A stretch of 63,109 nt of DNA, counting the filler. It is 10 parts of 10 records of this genome, joined end to end, with 100 filler letters (N's around TTAATTAATTAA, not from the genome) between each part and the next. Parts side by side here need not be neighbours in the genome. Positions count along the whole stretch, not along the records: positions 29,919 to 39,401 come from SRR7504441_1546; positions 39,502 to 45,721 come from SRR7504441_1550; positions 45,822 to 50,222 come from SRR7504441_1553; 7 more parts are not named here. One strand, given 5' to 3'. The position numbers and the translations under genes are program-made. The notes beneath the pieces are model-generated. The model was not told the origin of the DNA, did not search any database, and saw nothing but the letters and a program-made list of their open reading frames with translations. Position 1 is the first letter of the stretch. Every line of letters begins with the position of its first letter. Shown one piece after another: positions 35,276 through 46,812 of the stretch.

Positions 35276-36139
35276 CTACTCGTCCTTGGCGGTTTCAGCT
35301 TCCCTCGCCACGGCCACAGACTGCCAACACTCAGCACGGCCACAGACTGCCAACCCTCACCCGCGGCATGATGCTGCCGAAATAGCTGGGCTCGAACACG
35401 TGGGTGGCCGGGTCGGCTGGATCGTAGTGGATGTCCACGTCGCCGTACAAGTCGTAGATGCTAAACTGAGTGCAGACCTGAACCAGCTCATCGCCTGATC
35501 CAGCTCAATCCGGCACCTTCTGGCTGTCGAAGTGGACTACACTCAACTCCTCCTCCTGCCCCGGGCTGGCGGCGGTCCCCGGGCCCGGGCGCACCCCGAA
35601 GAACCAAGTCTTGTTATCCACCGTGTATCCGAACTGGAGAGTTGCCACAGGATTCACCACCGACCCGCCCATCCGCCAGGCGATCACCTGACCGATCCGC
35701 TCAGCGGCTCCCCGGGCCGACCCGGGTGCCTTTCCTTCCACCTTGGGCCAGAGGTACTTGGCCTGATACCCACGCCAGCCCGAGAAGGCCAGCATCCCCA
35801 GTCCGGCAGCAACGAACACCCCGAGCACCCCAAGCGCCGGCGGCTTCTCGCCCTACCCCCGGCGGCTCGCCCCGCGCACGGCCCCGGTCCGGGCGCCTCG
35901 GCCAGCCGGCCCTCGTCCTCGAAGTCGTCGAAAGAGATCTCTCCCCGTTCGGGCTGTCGTCGGGAAGCTTCGGCCGCCGCCGGGGCCTCGGTGGGCAGCC
36001 CAAGTCGGGCGAGCGCGGCTTTGTCCAGCTTGGGCGGCTGGGAGCACAGCCGCTGCTTCCCACCCGACCGTGGCACCAGCCGCCCGGCCCGGCCCGCAGC
36101 CTGCAGCCCGCAGCGGCCGAGTCGCAGAGCAGAGAGCAT
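35276..36139 (-). CDS. Putative mitochondrion-targeted DUF3592-like membrane protein, multi-exon (GC-AG introns 35853-35896, 35688-35729); 3' end uncertain
   Basis: Presequence MLSALRLGRCG..., one TM, then WPKVEGKVI...FGYTVDNK...VDIHYDPADP. Confidence 0.55.
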
Positions 36140-36202
36140 CGCGCGCCAGCCTAACGGAAGAAAACAGTGGGCATCGGGAAGGGTTGTCTCCCGCGGAGAG
36201 CC

Positions 36203-37486
36203 ATGCGTGCTCGCCGCCTGACCGCGCTCGGGCTGGCGGTGCTGCACGCGCTGGCCCACCCACCGGTGGTGCAGCGGCTGCCTGGAGGTTACCCGCGGGC
36301 CACGACCCTCGGGAACGGCACCCTGGTGCTGGCGGCCGAGAGATTCCCTCGCTGCGGGATTCACGCCACCGAGCGCGTCACAGGAGCCTGGCGCCAGCTG
36401 CCCGGCCCGGGGTTCGGGGCGTCCCCGGGCGACCAGCTGGCCAACTGCTACCTGGGTGAGGCCGCGGACGGGTCGCTGCTGATGAGCGCGCGGCACCACC
36501 GCGCGTGCTCCGGACTCGCATGTGCTGCGTACCGGATCCAGATAGCCCGGAGCCTCGACTATGGGCACACATGGGGGGAGCCGGTCACTGTGTACGCCAC
36601 TGAGGACCCGATGCACGCCGCATGGGAGCCGGTGCTCTTTAAGCCCCCGAACAGCACCGTCTTGCAGGTAGCCTACTCGCTGGAACGGCCGCGGATGTGG
36701 TCACCCCCGGCCTGCGCGCCGGGAACAAACTATCCCGGGGCCGATCTAGGACCGAGCGCCCGGGCGGCCAGCGCGGCGACCTGCCAGGCCAGATGCCAAG
36801 CGCATGAGCTGTGCCAAGCCTGGAGCTGGCGACGGAGTGACTCTGAGTGCTGGCTCAAGCGGGCGGGGCATGGCGAGCAGCCAACCCCTACGGTGGACAG
36901 CGGGAGCAAGCTGTGCGGCGCTGGGAGCGCTGGGGTTTGGACCGCGCAGCTGGGCGCGGCCAAGGAGCAGGATTTGGTAGTTCAGGAGAGTGCGGATGGG
37001 CTTAGCTGGGGACCTGTGAGGGCAATCTCACATAAGCAAGGCAGCAGAGACGGGATGCCCAGCGTCAGACGGCAGCGAGACGGATGCCTGGTCTGTGTGT
37101 TTGAAGCAACGGACACGGGGTCATTCAAGAGCAACAGCATCAGATCTTGCGATGATGGCAAAACATGGGTGAGACAAGCAGTCTCGACGCCTTCGCAGAC
37201 TTCATCGGGCCATGCGCCCACAGTGGCCCTGCTCAGTGACGGCCGCGCTGCTGTCAGCTCTTACACGGAGAGCAACGACATCCAGCTGCAGTTCTCTGGC
37301 GTTCCTTTGAGCGGAACACTCGATGCACGCTGGACTGATCCACGTGTGGTTGTCACTGGGCTGAGTCGACCGGGCTGGCCAGATGTTTTCACAGATAACG
37401 ACAGGAGCCGATTGTGGCTGGCTTATGCCAATGCTAGCGAGATAGTAATAGTTGGGCCCTTGGCCTCAACTGATAAGAATGATTGA
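36203..37486 (+). CDS. Secreted BNR/Asp-box beta-propeller hydrolase (GH93/sialidase-like) with an inserted PAN/apple domain
   Basis: YPRATTL, RSLDYGHTW, WEP, SADGLSW, RDGMP, SCDDGKTW; insert CQARCQAHELCQAWSW...CWLK. Confidence 0.75.
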   Translation: MRARRLTALGLAVLHALAHPPVVQRLPGGYPRATTLGNGTLVLAAERFPRCGIHATERVTGAWRQLPGPGFGASPGDQLANCYLGEAADGSLLMSARHHRACSGLACAAYRIQIARSLDYGHTWGEPVTVYATEDPMHAAWEPVLFKPPNSTVLQVAYSLERPRMWSPPACAPGTNYPGADLGPSARAASAATCQARCQAHELCQAWSWRRSDSECWLKRAGHGEQPTPTVDSGSKLCGAGSAGVWTAQLGAAKEQDLVVQESADGLSWGPVRAISHKQGSRDGMPSVRRQRDGCLVCVFEATDTGSFKSNSIRSCDDGKTWVRQAVSTPSQTSSGHAPTVALLSDGRAAVSSYTESNDIQLQFSGVPLSGTLDARWTDPRVVVTGLSRPGWPDVFTDNDRSRLWLAYANASEIVIVGPLASTDKND

Positions 37487-37581
37487 ATCGTACTTTGCGT
37501 CATGGGTCGACAATTAAATTTCGTCTCAATTGTACACAATGATCTTTACACTAGTGTTAGAAAGCGGAATGATCTAACGTG

Positions 37582-38904
37582 TTATCGTTGGACTCGATTC
37601 ACCTTGGAGGTCCTATTGCGCTTGTTGCGAGACCTTTCGGATTTAGGTGGTCCGCCTTCTCGCTCGGGGCCCCGTCGGTTGTCTGCACTAGAAGCGCTAC
37701 CCAACTCAGCATGGCTAGCCAGGCCGGACACGGCTTCTACCACAGCGTCGACTGCTGCTTGCGCTGCAATATTGCAGCCTTCAAAGCTGGACTCCACGCA
37801 CCAATCTCCCGTGAAAACCAGCTGGCCTTGCTCGGCGGTGACCACAGGCCTGCCTGGCTCCACCGGCAGAGGCGGCGCCGCCTGACTGGTCCGCCAATTG
37901 AGCAATTTAGTGTGCTGCGCCCGAGGGACAGGACGCCCTGCCAGCTGCTCAAGAGCAGTCAGAATATGCACCCGGGCCGCCTCACGGCCTCCTCCCCGGG
38001 CGCCTTTGCCCTTTGCACCTTTGGTCGCTCTGCCGCCGCCCTCCACGCGCTTCCAGAGCTCCACACTAGACTGGACAACTAGTACGCCGGGCTGCTGTGG
38101 GGCAAGCATATCAATCACAGGGTGTGGCCCTTGCACCGAATCCCAACCTGCCTGCACTGCGTCAATGAATTCGTCGTCGTCCAGCCACAGAGCCAGCGAG
38201 TACCGGCCCACAAACGTCGGTGTACGCAGCCTTCGGATTGCGTCGGGTGGCAGGGAGAGCTGCTGGTGGCCCTGAGGCAACTGCTTGCCACGGCCGCGGT
38301 TGGTCTGCCGATGTAGGTCCGCCTGTGACTGAGCATCGGGCGCCGAACCGCTGTGGCTAAAGAAGCGAAGTATGTCCTTGGGCGGCATGGCCAGCACAAT
38401 CACGTCGTAGCAAGAGGCTAAGCCGCCCCCGCGATCAAACTGTGGGTACAGATGAGGCTTGTTGGCCGGCCGGGTAAGTCGCTCCAGCCGGCTCTCGAAC
38501 AGCAGCTGGTCCGGCTGGCCAGCATGCAGAAACTGCTTGACTACGCTGTTTGTTCCAGCGGGCGGCACCCAGTGGCTGTAGGCACTCTCAGGTTCTAGAA
38601 CAAAGTGTGTGCTCCTCCGGACCGGCGGGTCGACCCGGTCCACCGGGCACTTCTGGCACACCGTCTCGAGCAGCGCTGCGGCCTCGGGCGAGAAGCAGCT
38701 GATGCACTGGGCCCCGGTGTTGGCCCGTGCGGCCCCGGGACCCCAGCGAGTAGTTGACATTCTGCCGCCAGCGCCTCTGGCCATGTCGGCCACTTCGATG
38801 CGCACCGAGCCACCGCAGCGCTGGCGGAGGTGGAAGCAGGTCAGGCTGCCCGTCAGACCGGTGCCCACGATCAGCACACGAGGCCTGGCGCCACTCATAT
38901 GCAT
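37582..38904 (-). CDS. Renalase-like FAD-dependent oxidoreductase
   Basis: VLIVGTGLTGSL, ARGAGGRMST, NTGAQ, LLNWRTSQ, FTGDWC...FEGC. Confidence 0.8.
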   Translation of the reverse strand: MHMSGARPRVLIVGTGLTGSLTCFHLRQRCGGSVRIEVADMARGAGGRMSTTRWGPGAARANTGAQCISCFSPEAAALLETVCQKCPVDRVDPPVRRSTHFVLEPESAYSHWVPPAGTNSVVKQFLHAGQPDQLLFESRLERLTRPANKPHLYPQFDRGGGLASCYDVIVLAMPPKDILRFFSHSGSAPDAQSQADLHRQTNRGRGKQLPQGHQQLSLPPDAIRRLRTPTFVGRYSLALWLDDDEFIDAVQAGWDSVQGPHPVIDMLAPQQPGVLVVQSSVELWKRVEGGGRATKGAKGKGARGGGREAARVHILTALEQLAGRPVPRAQHTKLLNWRTSQAAPPLPVEPGRPVVTAEQGQLVFTGDWCVESSFEGCNIAAQAAVDAVVEAVSGLASHAELGSASSADNRRGPEREGGPPKSERSRNKRNRTSKVNRVQR

Positions 38905-39401
38905 CGCTTCATGCGCTTGACCGAGTCTTCTTCGGACCGGGATTTTCCTCTAGCTGGAGCGAAGTCAGCGAACGCAGCGACATCAGCTAAAGCGGCCAAC
39001 GAGGGGTGACGAGGCGCGATCCGGGCCGGTTCTGGACCACTCTAATTCGAATCAGCGCAACAACTTTATACAACAGCTTGTCCAACAAGTTTATTATGTA
39101 AAATGGATTGTAAAAACGTAACAATAGTCGACGCCTCGACGGTTTCGATTTAATTAATTTGACGCTCGATCGGTCGAACTGGTCGCTATGTACACGCCCA
39201 ACGCCGGCATCGCTTCACCAGTGGTCAGTGCGAATTACTACGGCAGTACAAGGGGCTAGGAATAGGCTGGGAACCCTTCCCGCGCCGGCGCTTTCAATGA
39301 TTTTTTGCACAAGGGCTGCGAGCAGCTGGCCTGCCCCTGATCGGCTTTGCTAAAGTTGGGAGAGCTTCTGGGAGAAAATGGTACGATGTTTGCAGCAGCA
39401 G

Positions 39402-39501
39402 NNNNNNNNNNNNNNNNNNNNNNNNNNNNNNNNNNNNNNNNNNNNTTAATTAATTAANNNNNNNNNNNNNNNNNNNNNNNNNNNNNNNNNNNNNNNNNNN
39501 N
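39402..39501. other. Artificial contig linker
   Basis: N44-TTAATTAATTAA-N44. Confidence 0.98.
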
Positions 39502-39779
39502 TTATCCGGAAAGCGCACATGTACTGCGCTTAGGTTGCTCTTGGTGATCGAGCATACCATTAAAGGTTGTGGATCTACCGTGCTATCTACGCGCCACTCT
39601 TACACTTGTACTGTAGTAAAGTTAACGACACAGGCGGGCCGGTTGCCTGGGACAGGGGTTTCGACAGCTGACGCAGGGTTTCGGGGACACTGCGCAGCGC
39701 GCAGCTCGGTCCGCAGCCCAGTTTAGTCACAGGCAGCCCGCAGCGTCGTGTGGCTGGAGCGACACGGGTAGGCTGGGGG

Positions 39780-42700
39780 ATGGCGTCGCAGCCCCTGGAA
39801 CGCAGCTCCTCTCTGATCGACACTCAGACCAAAGAATGCGTCGTATCGGCTCGGATCCCTGGCAGGTGCCAGCCCCGCTGGCCGCGATCCATCAGCCTCG
39901 GGGCGGCAGCAACACGTTCGAGGTTTACACACTCAGACTCGGCCTGCGCAGCGTCTGCTACACCCGGTGTGGGGGCTGCAGACTGATTCGACTGAAACGT
40001 GTGCAGAACCTTCCGGCCTTCCTTCCTGTCGAAGAGAGTGACCGAGGCCGGCGAGCTCTACCTAGACGAGAAGGAGCGTGCCCGCCCGCTGGATCCAGTG
40101 ATGATCTCCAACCGCAAGCACGTGCTGTACATCCCGCTCAAGGCACTGGCTGCCGCTGCCGGCCTGATCGCTGTCGGGCCAGCAAGGGCACCTGCTGTAC
40201 GTGCAGGCCAAAAGCCAGTCGGACCAGCATGACTGGATCAGCCGCATAGAGACGAATCTCACCAAGCTTGTCTACCTGGTCGCTCCGCCCGCCCGCACGC
40301 CAGCCGACTCACTGAGCGCAGGGGCGGCTCCGCAACCCCAACTTGATCGCAAACGCCGCGCCGCCCATGATCCTGTTCGGAGAGACGGTGCTCATGTGCT
40401 GTCCGGCCCGTCTGAGCCGGGCCCCTTCGGCCGGCGGGTTTGCGCCGCCGCGGTCTGGCCGGCTGCTGGCGCTCTCGAGGAGCCTAGTGTTTGAGGTGTG
40501 CCGGGTGGTCGGTCGGTGTGAGCTGTACGATCCAGGCGCTGCATGACGACATGCACGACAGACTGGATGTCGCCACGGTCACCCAGGTGGCCAGGCGCAC
40601 TGTCGAACAGATCGTGCAGTCGGATGACCAAACCAGCCAGCCGCCACTCGCCGGTGGCAGGAGCTGGGCCGGGGCTCACAGGGGGCAGGCACCTGCTGCG
40701 GCGACCTGCTGATCAGCGTCGACGACAGCACCCAGTGGAGCTTGCAGTTCAACACCGAGCTCAGCCTGCAGCTGCTCGCAGACATCCTCCAACGAGTGAT
40801 CGACCACGGCACGGACCAAGCCGATTCAGACTTTCTCACGCTCTCGCCGCGCGCTAGAATGAGTGCTGTTTATAGAGGTTCCGGCCTGATCCGGGGGCAG
40901 CCGAGGCCGACTGGGACGTGAGCTACCTGGCCCGGCTGGATTCAATCTCAACCCGACTAGCGAGGCTGTTCTTGGTGCCTGTGCGGCTCTGGCTGCAGCT
41001 GAGCTGAGGGCCAGGCTAAGTTCAAACTGGCCCAAAACCAGCCCTGGGCCGATTTCGAGGCATGGCGCCGGTGTGGCTGGATGAGCTGGGGCAGGGCACG
41101 AGTGCACTCTGCCAAATTGTGTTCAGCGGGGCCTCGAGAGACGGTCGAGTATGGTACGCGCATCAGGTGATCTCGCTGAGCTATCTGAGCCAGTGATCCT
41201 TTCGGCGCCAGGTGGTCGGGCTGGGCTCTAGATCAGGAGTGGTCGCCCCGCTGGATGGGGTGGCGGCTGGGATGGAGCTCGCGCTGCTTTTCAGAGCCGA
41301 CCAGGTGTCCGAGCACGATATTAAGTATTAATTGGTGCGAGTGCAGATCGTGTCTGTCGAGCAGGAGGATTGCACAGTCCAGCTGTTGGTGCAGCCCGGC
41401 CAGGGACAAGCGGAGCCAGTGCAAGAGATAGACATAGGGCTGGAATTTGCTCAACTCAGCGAAGCTTCAGTGTGTGCTGGGGTGCTGCAGCTGGAAGCTT
41501 CGTGTGACTGGGATGCAGGAGCTGAGGACGAGGATGGACCGCTCGGCGCAATTCCGGTGGCACTGGAACAGGCCACTGGCAGGATGTGTCCCACCTGAGT
41601 TTTCCAGTCAGACTACACAAAGGTGTGGAGAGGCAGAGCATTGCACGTCCTGACGCAGCTGTTGGCCTGACAGGTGGATCAAACTAGAGAAGAAGGTGAC
41701 ACATGTGCACGCGGAAGGGAGCATCTTTAGGAGGAAGGTGGGTCTGGATGTGTGGTTAGCGTGATAATTTGTATGGCAGCAATGCCGGACCGAGATATGG
41801 GATCCGGATGAGCCTTACGAGACTGAGCATGTGGATCGATTAGGGTTTGACATTAGCGACTCGATGGTCGCCTCGACGATGCACGACTGGAATGAAGACG
41901 ATCGGACCAATTCCGAGGTTGCCCCCTCTCTCATGCTTTTTTTAATCTAGTGCTGCGCAGCGTGAGCAGCGATGGGAGCGGATGGCTGGGCACAAGTGCT
42001 CGAACCTGGTTAGAATAGATCAAGCGCTGAGAGAACTGGCGCGCGATGGATTGCCCCACCGGCACCGTGGTGAAATTTGGTTCAAGTGTTCTGGAGCTGA
42101 GCTCAAGCAGGTCTGTTAGCGTTCCGCTACTTGATCTGAACCTGCGTGGTCCGAATTTGCAGGCAGCCAATGGGCCTGGGCTTTATCGCAGGCTGGCGCA
42201 GCTGGACTTCAACAGCCCTGCAGCTTTCTCAGTGCAGAGGACGGTTTTTCAGGACTTTAAGGCGCGGGCTTGCCACCCAGGGAACGTGGCAACTGAGCAG
42301 CAGCAGGCTATTGAAGAGCAGGTAACCAGCAGGTGTAGTGTCTTGCCGATTTGGGGTGACCACAGGTAGACAAAGACTTGGATTGCCGGACCTACGGGTT
42401 CCACAGTCTACTCAAGTTGACCCGAATTCATGGGCCAAACAATTGGCCGTTGCATGCTCGGTGCAGGTCGGATCTTGGCGGGGTGGACGACCTGCCGCCA
42501 TCTAAAGGTCTGATGCCTGATGGTTTGCTGATCCCAACTCGGAGAATTTGCTTAGCCTTTTGTAGATACAGGCCGTGGCTGGGGTACACGCAAGGCAACA
42601 GCACTGGATGCGCTAATCGCTGATAATCTGCCTGTTTCAGGGATGGCTCCTCTTGCTGCGTTGTTGCTTCTCCTGATGCCGGAAGAGCAGGCGTTCTGGA

Positions 42701-45700
42701 CATACACAGCTGTTTACGAAGATATGCTGCCAAATATGGTGTCTGCTTCGACTGGTGAGGCACAGCCAGGAATGACCGCTATTCGGAGCTACACGACGAA
42801 GAAGCTCAAGGAACTGTGCCCTGAACTGGTGGAACACTGTGAGCAGCACTCTACTGAAGGTTTTCTCATAACAATAGACCCTGACCCTAAGCGTAATCTT
42901 AGAATTCATTTTGATTGGGAGGGTGAAGATTTATCGATGCTCAACTTCATGATCGACTCGGTGATCATTCCAATGATGATGAAGCTCACCTGCGACGAGA
43001 TGCCTCCGTACGTGACTCTGCGCGTGTTAGATCTCCTATTCTGTGAAGGCCCCCACGTGATTTTTGCCACTGCGATTGCAATATTCATCATGGGCAAGGA
43101 CCACATTTTGAAGCAGAACGACCAGATGGGCCTGCTGCAGGCTGGCAGTATCTTGAAGCAAAACATACAAGAAATCATTCACCACGATGAGAGCAGCACT
43201 GCGAATCTGCTCAGAGACATTTCTGACATGATAAAAAAACTGGGTGATGTTGAGACGACTCTTGGAGAGAACCTTGCAGTTGCTGAAAAGCTGCAAGAAG
43301 CTGTGCAAATGGAGGAGGCGTCGCTCAGGGAGAGTTGCCTCACGCTCAGGAGGAGTATCTCAGAGGGCAATGTCTCGGATAGTGATCTGCTGAGATTCCA
43401 GCAGATGCTGTCGCCTTCTCAAGGCTGTGAAGAAGATGACAAGGCCATGGCCACCTCTTGTCTGGATGCACCTGCAAGCCCAGAGCAAGAGCAGGAAGAG
43501 CCACAGTGAGACATTTTGCTGCTCTAGTAGCTGACTGGCTGTGTTTTTAGGGAAGCATCTCCAGTTGATGCCGAGGCCACTTCAGATTTGGTTTCAGGTG
43601 AGACTGTGTGTACCACTCCCGAGCACTTTAGTGATGGTAACGAGGAGGAGAGTGCTGCCATGGAGATGGCAACCCCTCTAAGTCCCGAGGAGACACTAGA
43701 AGAACTTGAAATTCAGCACAAAGAAAGGCAGCAGCGAGCAGATGCACTGGATGCACGCATTTCCTGGATCGCGTCGCGCTCGGATGAGCAGGATGACTGG
43801 GCGGAGAGGATTGCTGGATCCGCAGCGCCGTCCCTCGGGTCTCGTATTCTTGAAGATTGGCACAGTCACGTGTCGGTGCATGCGCTCGAGTGCTTGTGGC
43901 GGCAGGTGATTGGTCTGCATGTCGTAGTGCTGAATGGGATTGGTGGGCAGGCAACTGGGCATAATTGCTCGGATGTACAGATGATGCTGGGAATAATCAC
44001 AGATCCGAACTCAAGGGATCCAAACGATCATGGGGCCACTGCCTTGCACAAAGCAGTAAAGGCGAGGACGCGATCTCTGATGGATTCAGAGGACGCAGAA
44101 CAGGCCAACGCCAGCATATTAGAGCAACGCAAGAGGGAGGAAACTGTGCAGGCCCTACTTGGCTACGAGGGTACGCCCAAGGTGGACATAAATATGCAGA
44201 TGCTGAGTGATGGCTCCACAGCACTGCATCTGGCTGCCAAGTCAGATGCAGAGGCATTGGCGCTGATTGCCCTCCTCCTGAAAGCTGGTGCCAGGGTCGA
44301 GATAGCAGACAACAACGGGTTTACTCCACTTCATCTTGCAGCAATGAATGCATCGTTTGCGATGCTGACACATCTGCTGACAGCTGCAGAGGACCAGGGG
44401 GTGTTGGGCCTCGTCGTTTGTGCCGCCACCACCATCAGGGAACACACTGCTCTGCACATGGCATCTCGCGGCTCGTCAGAGAGTGAGTTGCTCGCCGCCT
44501 AGGATGTTGTGCTTGTCTGATCGATGTGTGCATCGGAAGATGGCTGCACAAGATCGATGTGCTGTGAGGCGCTGATAGAGGCCAAGGCAGACCCGAGTAT
44601 GCCAGGGCGTCTGGGGGAAACGGCGCTCCACGTAGCAGCCCGATGGGGCGATCCGAATTTGTGCAAGGTTGCTGCATGTGCTTGACGCTGTTTCATGGTG
44701 CCTGTGTGTGCAGGTGTTGGTGGAGCACGGAGCTCAGGTCAATAGCTGCACTGATGGAAGTAAGACTACGCCACTCCATCTGGCTGTCGAGGAGCTCGAG
44801 GCGCTAGAACTAGACGAGCAGAAAGATAGCAAAAGCTTCACAGGCTATGAGTGCTGTCTTAGGTTGCTTCAGTTGAAAGCAGAGCCGGACTCGCAGACAG
44901 CTGGCGGCTGGAGCCCGCTGCTGCTAGCCGCTCGTCGGGGCAACTCAGAGCTGTGTGACTTACTGCTCAAGCTCACATCAATGAGTGCAGTCTCGATGTC
45001 ACAGGCTACAAGCCACGGCTGGGGAGCACTGCACATGGCTGCCATATCAGGGAGTGCCACAACTTGTGAAGTGCTGATTCGCTTAGGGGCCAACCCGCTC
45101 AAAGTAGCAACTGTGCACAGAATTGACGGAGAAATCTGTAGAATGACGCCGGGCGAGCTTGCCGAATATTTGAATGAGCATAGCAATGTGTACAACAAGT
45201 ATTGTGCAGCGAATGAGTTCAGTCGGAACACCACGCCGCGCGGGCAGTCACAGGGCTCGGCGGGTGAGGATTGTGATGGTGAAGCATCTGAGACCCAATT
45301 CAAAGGGATACTGCAAGTCTTCCGGGGCGAGGTGAATCCGGAGGACCAGCACGCAGTGAGAAGTGCGCGGGTTGTAGATACGATAACCAAATTTCACCAA
45401 TGTGGGTTTTGATTAAACGATCAATTCGTTTATTAGCGTCTGGGCAGTTTTGATGACGTTATCGGTAATCGGTCTGTGTCGGGACCCTCTGACATTACAG
45501 ACTTTGAGGATTATGTCGTTTGTTTTGTGGCCAAGGGGAAGCACGATCACTGTAGAGAGGGGGAGTATCTTCGGGTGGATGATTCGGGGGAGGTTCGGGG
45601 TGTGTGCGCTTTGTTGCGCTTCCGGGGTCGGCGCAGTATAATTATGTCACCACGCCAGAAGCGGCTTCTCGTACACTGGAGGATTCAAAAGAATTCATCA

Positions 45701-45721
45701 AAACAATCAATGAGGTTATGT
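39780..45721 (+). CDS. Large many-exon Rab-GAP: PH / PH-GRAM-like domains, TBC domain and ankyrin repeats, 3'-truncated
   Basis: PH end YVQAKSQSDQHDWISRI; TBC LRELARDGLPHRHRGEIW, VDKDLDCRTY, GYTQGM (needs GC-AG intron 42595-42640), EEQAFW; several G.TALH/TPLH ankyrins. One junction near 41545-41585 is uncertain. Confidence 0.75.
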
Positions 45722-45821
45722 NNNNNNNNNNNNNNNNNNNNNNNNNNNNNNNNNNNNNNNNNNNNTTAATTAATTAANNNNNNNNNNNNNNNNNNNNNNN
45801 NNNNNNNNNNNNNNNNNNNNN
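45722..45821. other. Artificial contig linker
   Basis: N44-TTAATTAATTAA-N44. Confidence 0.98.
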
Positions 45822-45939
45822 CCGTCATATAAACCCAATGTAACCTTTAGTGATCGCAGTCCATCAACGTTTTTGGGCAGCTCAGTTGGCGCCACACGCA
45901 AGGACCGCTCAAGGCCCGCTAGGACCGCCGCCCGCGGTC

Positions 45940-46632
45940 ATGTCGGACGACGCGCACGACAGCGGCCCCGGGAAGGCCGTCCCGCCCCCGGTCGACGGGT
46001 GCGGCATCTTTGGGTCGGCTCTCCCCGTAACAGCCCCGACGTGACGCTGGTTGGCAGCGTAACCGTAGAAGAGGGCAAGAACAAAGAGGACGCCACCATG
46101 CAGGAGGAGCTGGCCGTAGCGGTCAACAACAGCACCGAGCCGCAAGCTGCCGTAGCAGTAAGCCGCCCTCGCTCTGAGCGACTAAGGGCCGGCCCCGCAG
46201 GCCGAGTCGCCGGTCGCGGTCCCGTGTCCAGAGACAGCGGAGGCTGGCGCATCGCCACCGCCGGAGACGCCGCCTAAGAAGGTGCGGACTGCATTCCCCT
46301 CAGGGCGCGAGTCATTGGCTCGCAGGAAAAGAAGAAGAAGAAGGAGGGACGTTGCGCGATGGAGAGCTGCCGCAAGAAGGTTGGGCTTACGGGGTTCCAA
46401 TGCAGGTGCTGCCCGGCCGTCACGGTCCTACTGACCGGGAGTCCTTAGGTGCGGGTTTGTCTATTGCTCCACCCACCGCTACTCAGACGCGCACAATTGC
46501 ACGTTTGATTACAAGGCGCTGGCTCGGGAACAGATCTGCGCGGTGAGCGCCGTACGCAAAGGGCTGTGGCATGATGTTGGTGGCCAGGCGAATCCGACGA
46601 TTGTTGCATCAAAGATGCTGGACAAGATCTGA
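45940..46632 (+). CDS. AN1-type zinc finger protein (SAP/ZFAND5-6-like), multi-exon
   Basis: Spliced [41 protein letters not shown]...[14 protein letters not shown]. Confidence 0.9.
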
Positions 46633-46812
46633 GGTGTTTATACTCGTCGTACTTCTTGCCGGTCGACGTAGATTATGGCGAGATTGAGTGCCTCTGTGTA
46701 TTTCAGCGGTTCACATCTGTTTCACGATTTCATTAATTAAATTAATGCGTGTGTATATAGACAATGTTGCAATTGGCTCGTATACAGCTATATGATGTTA
46801 GTTTACAGATTT

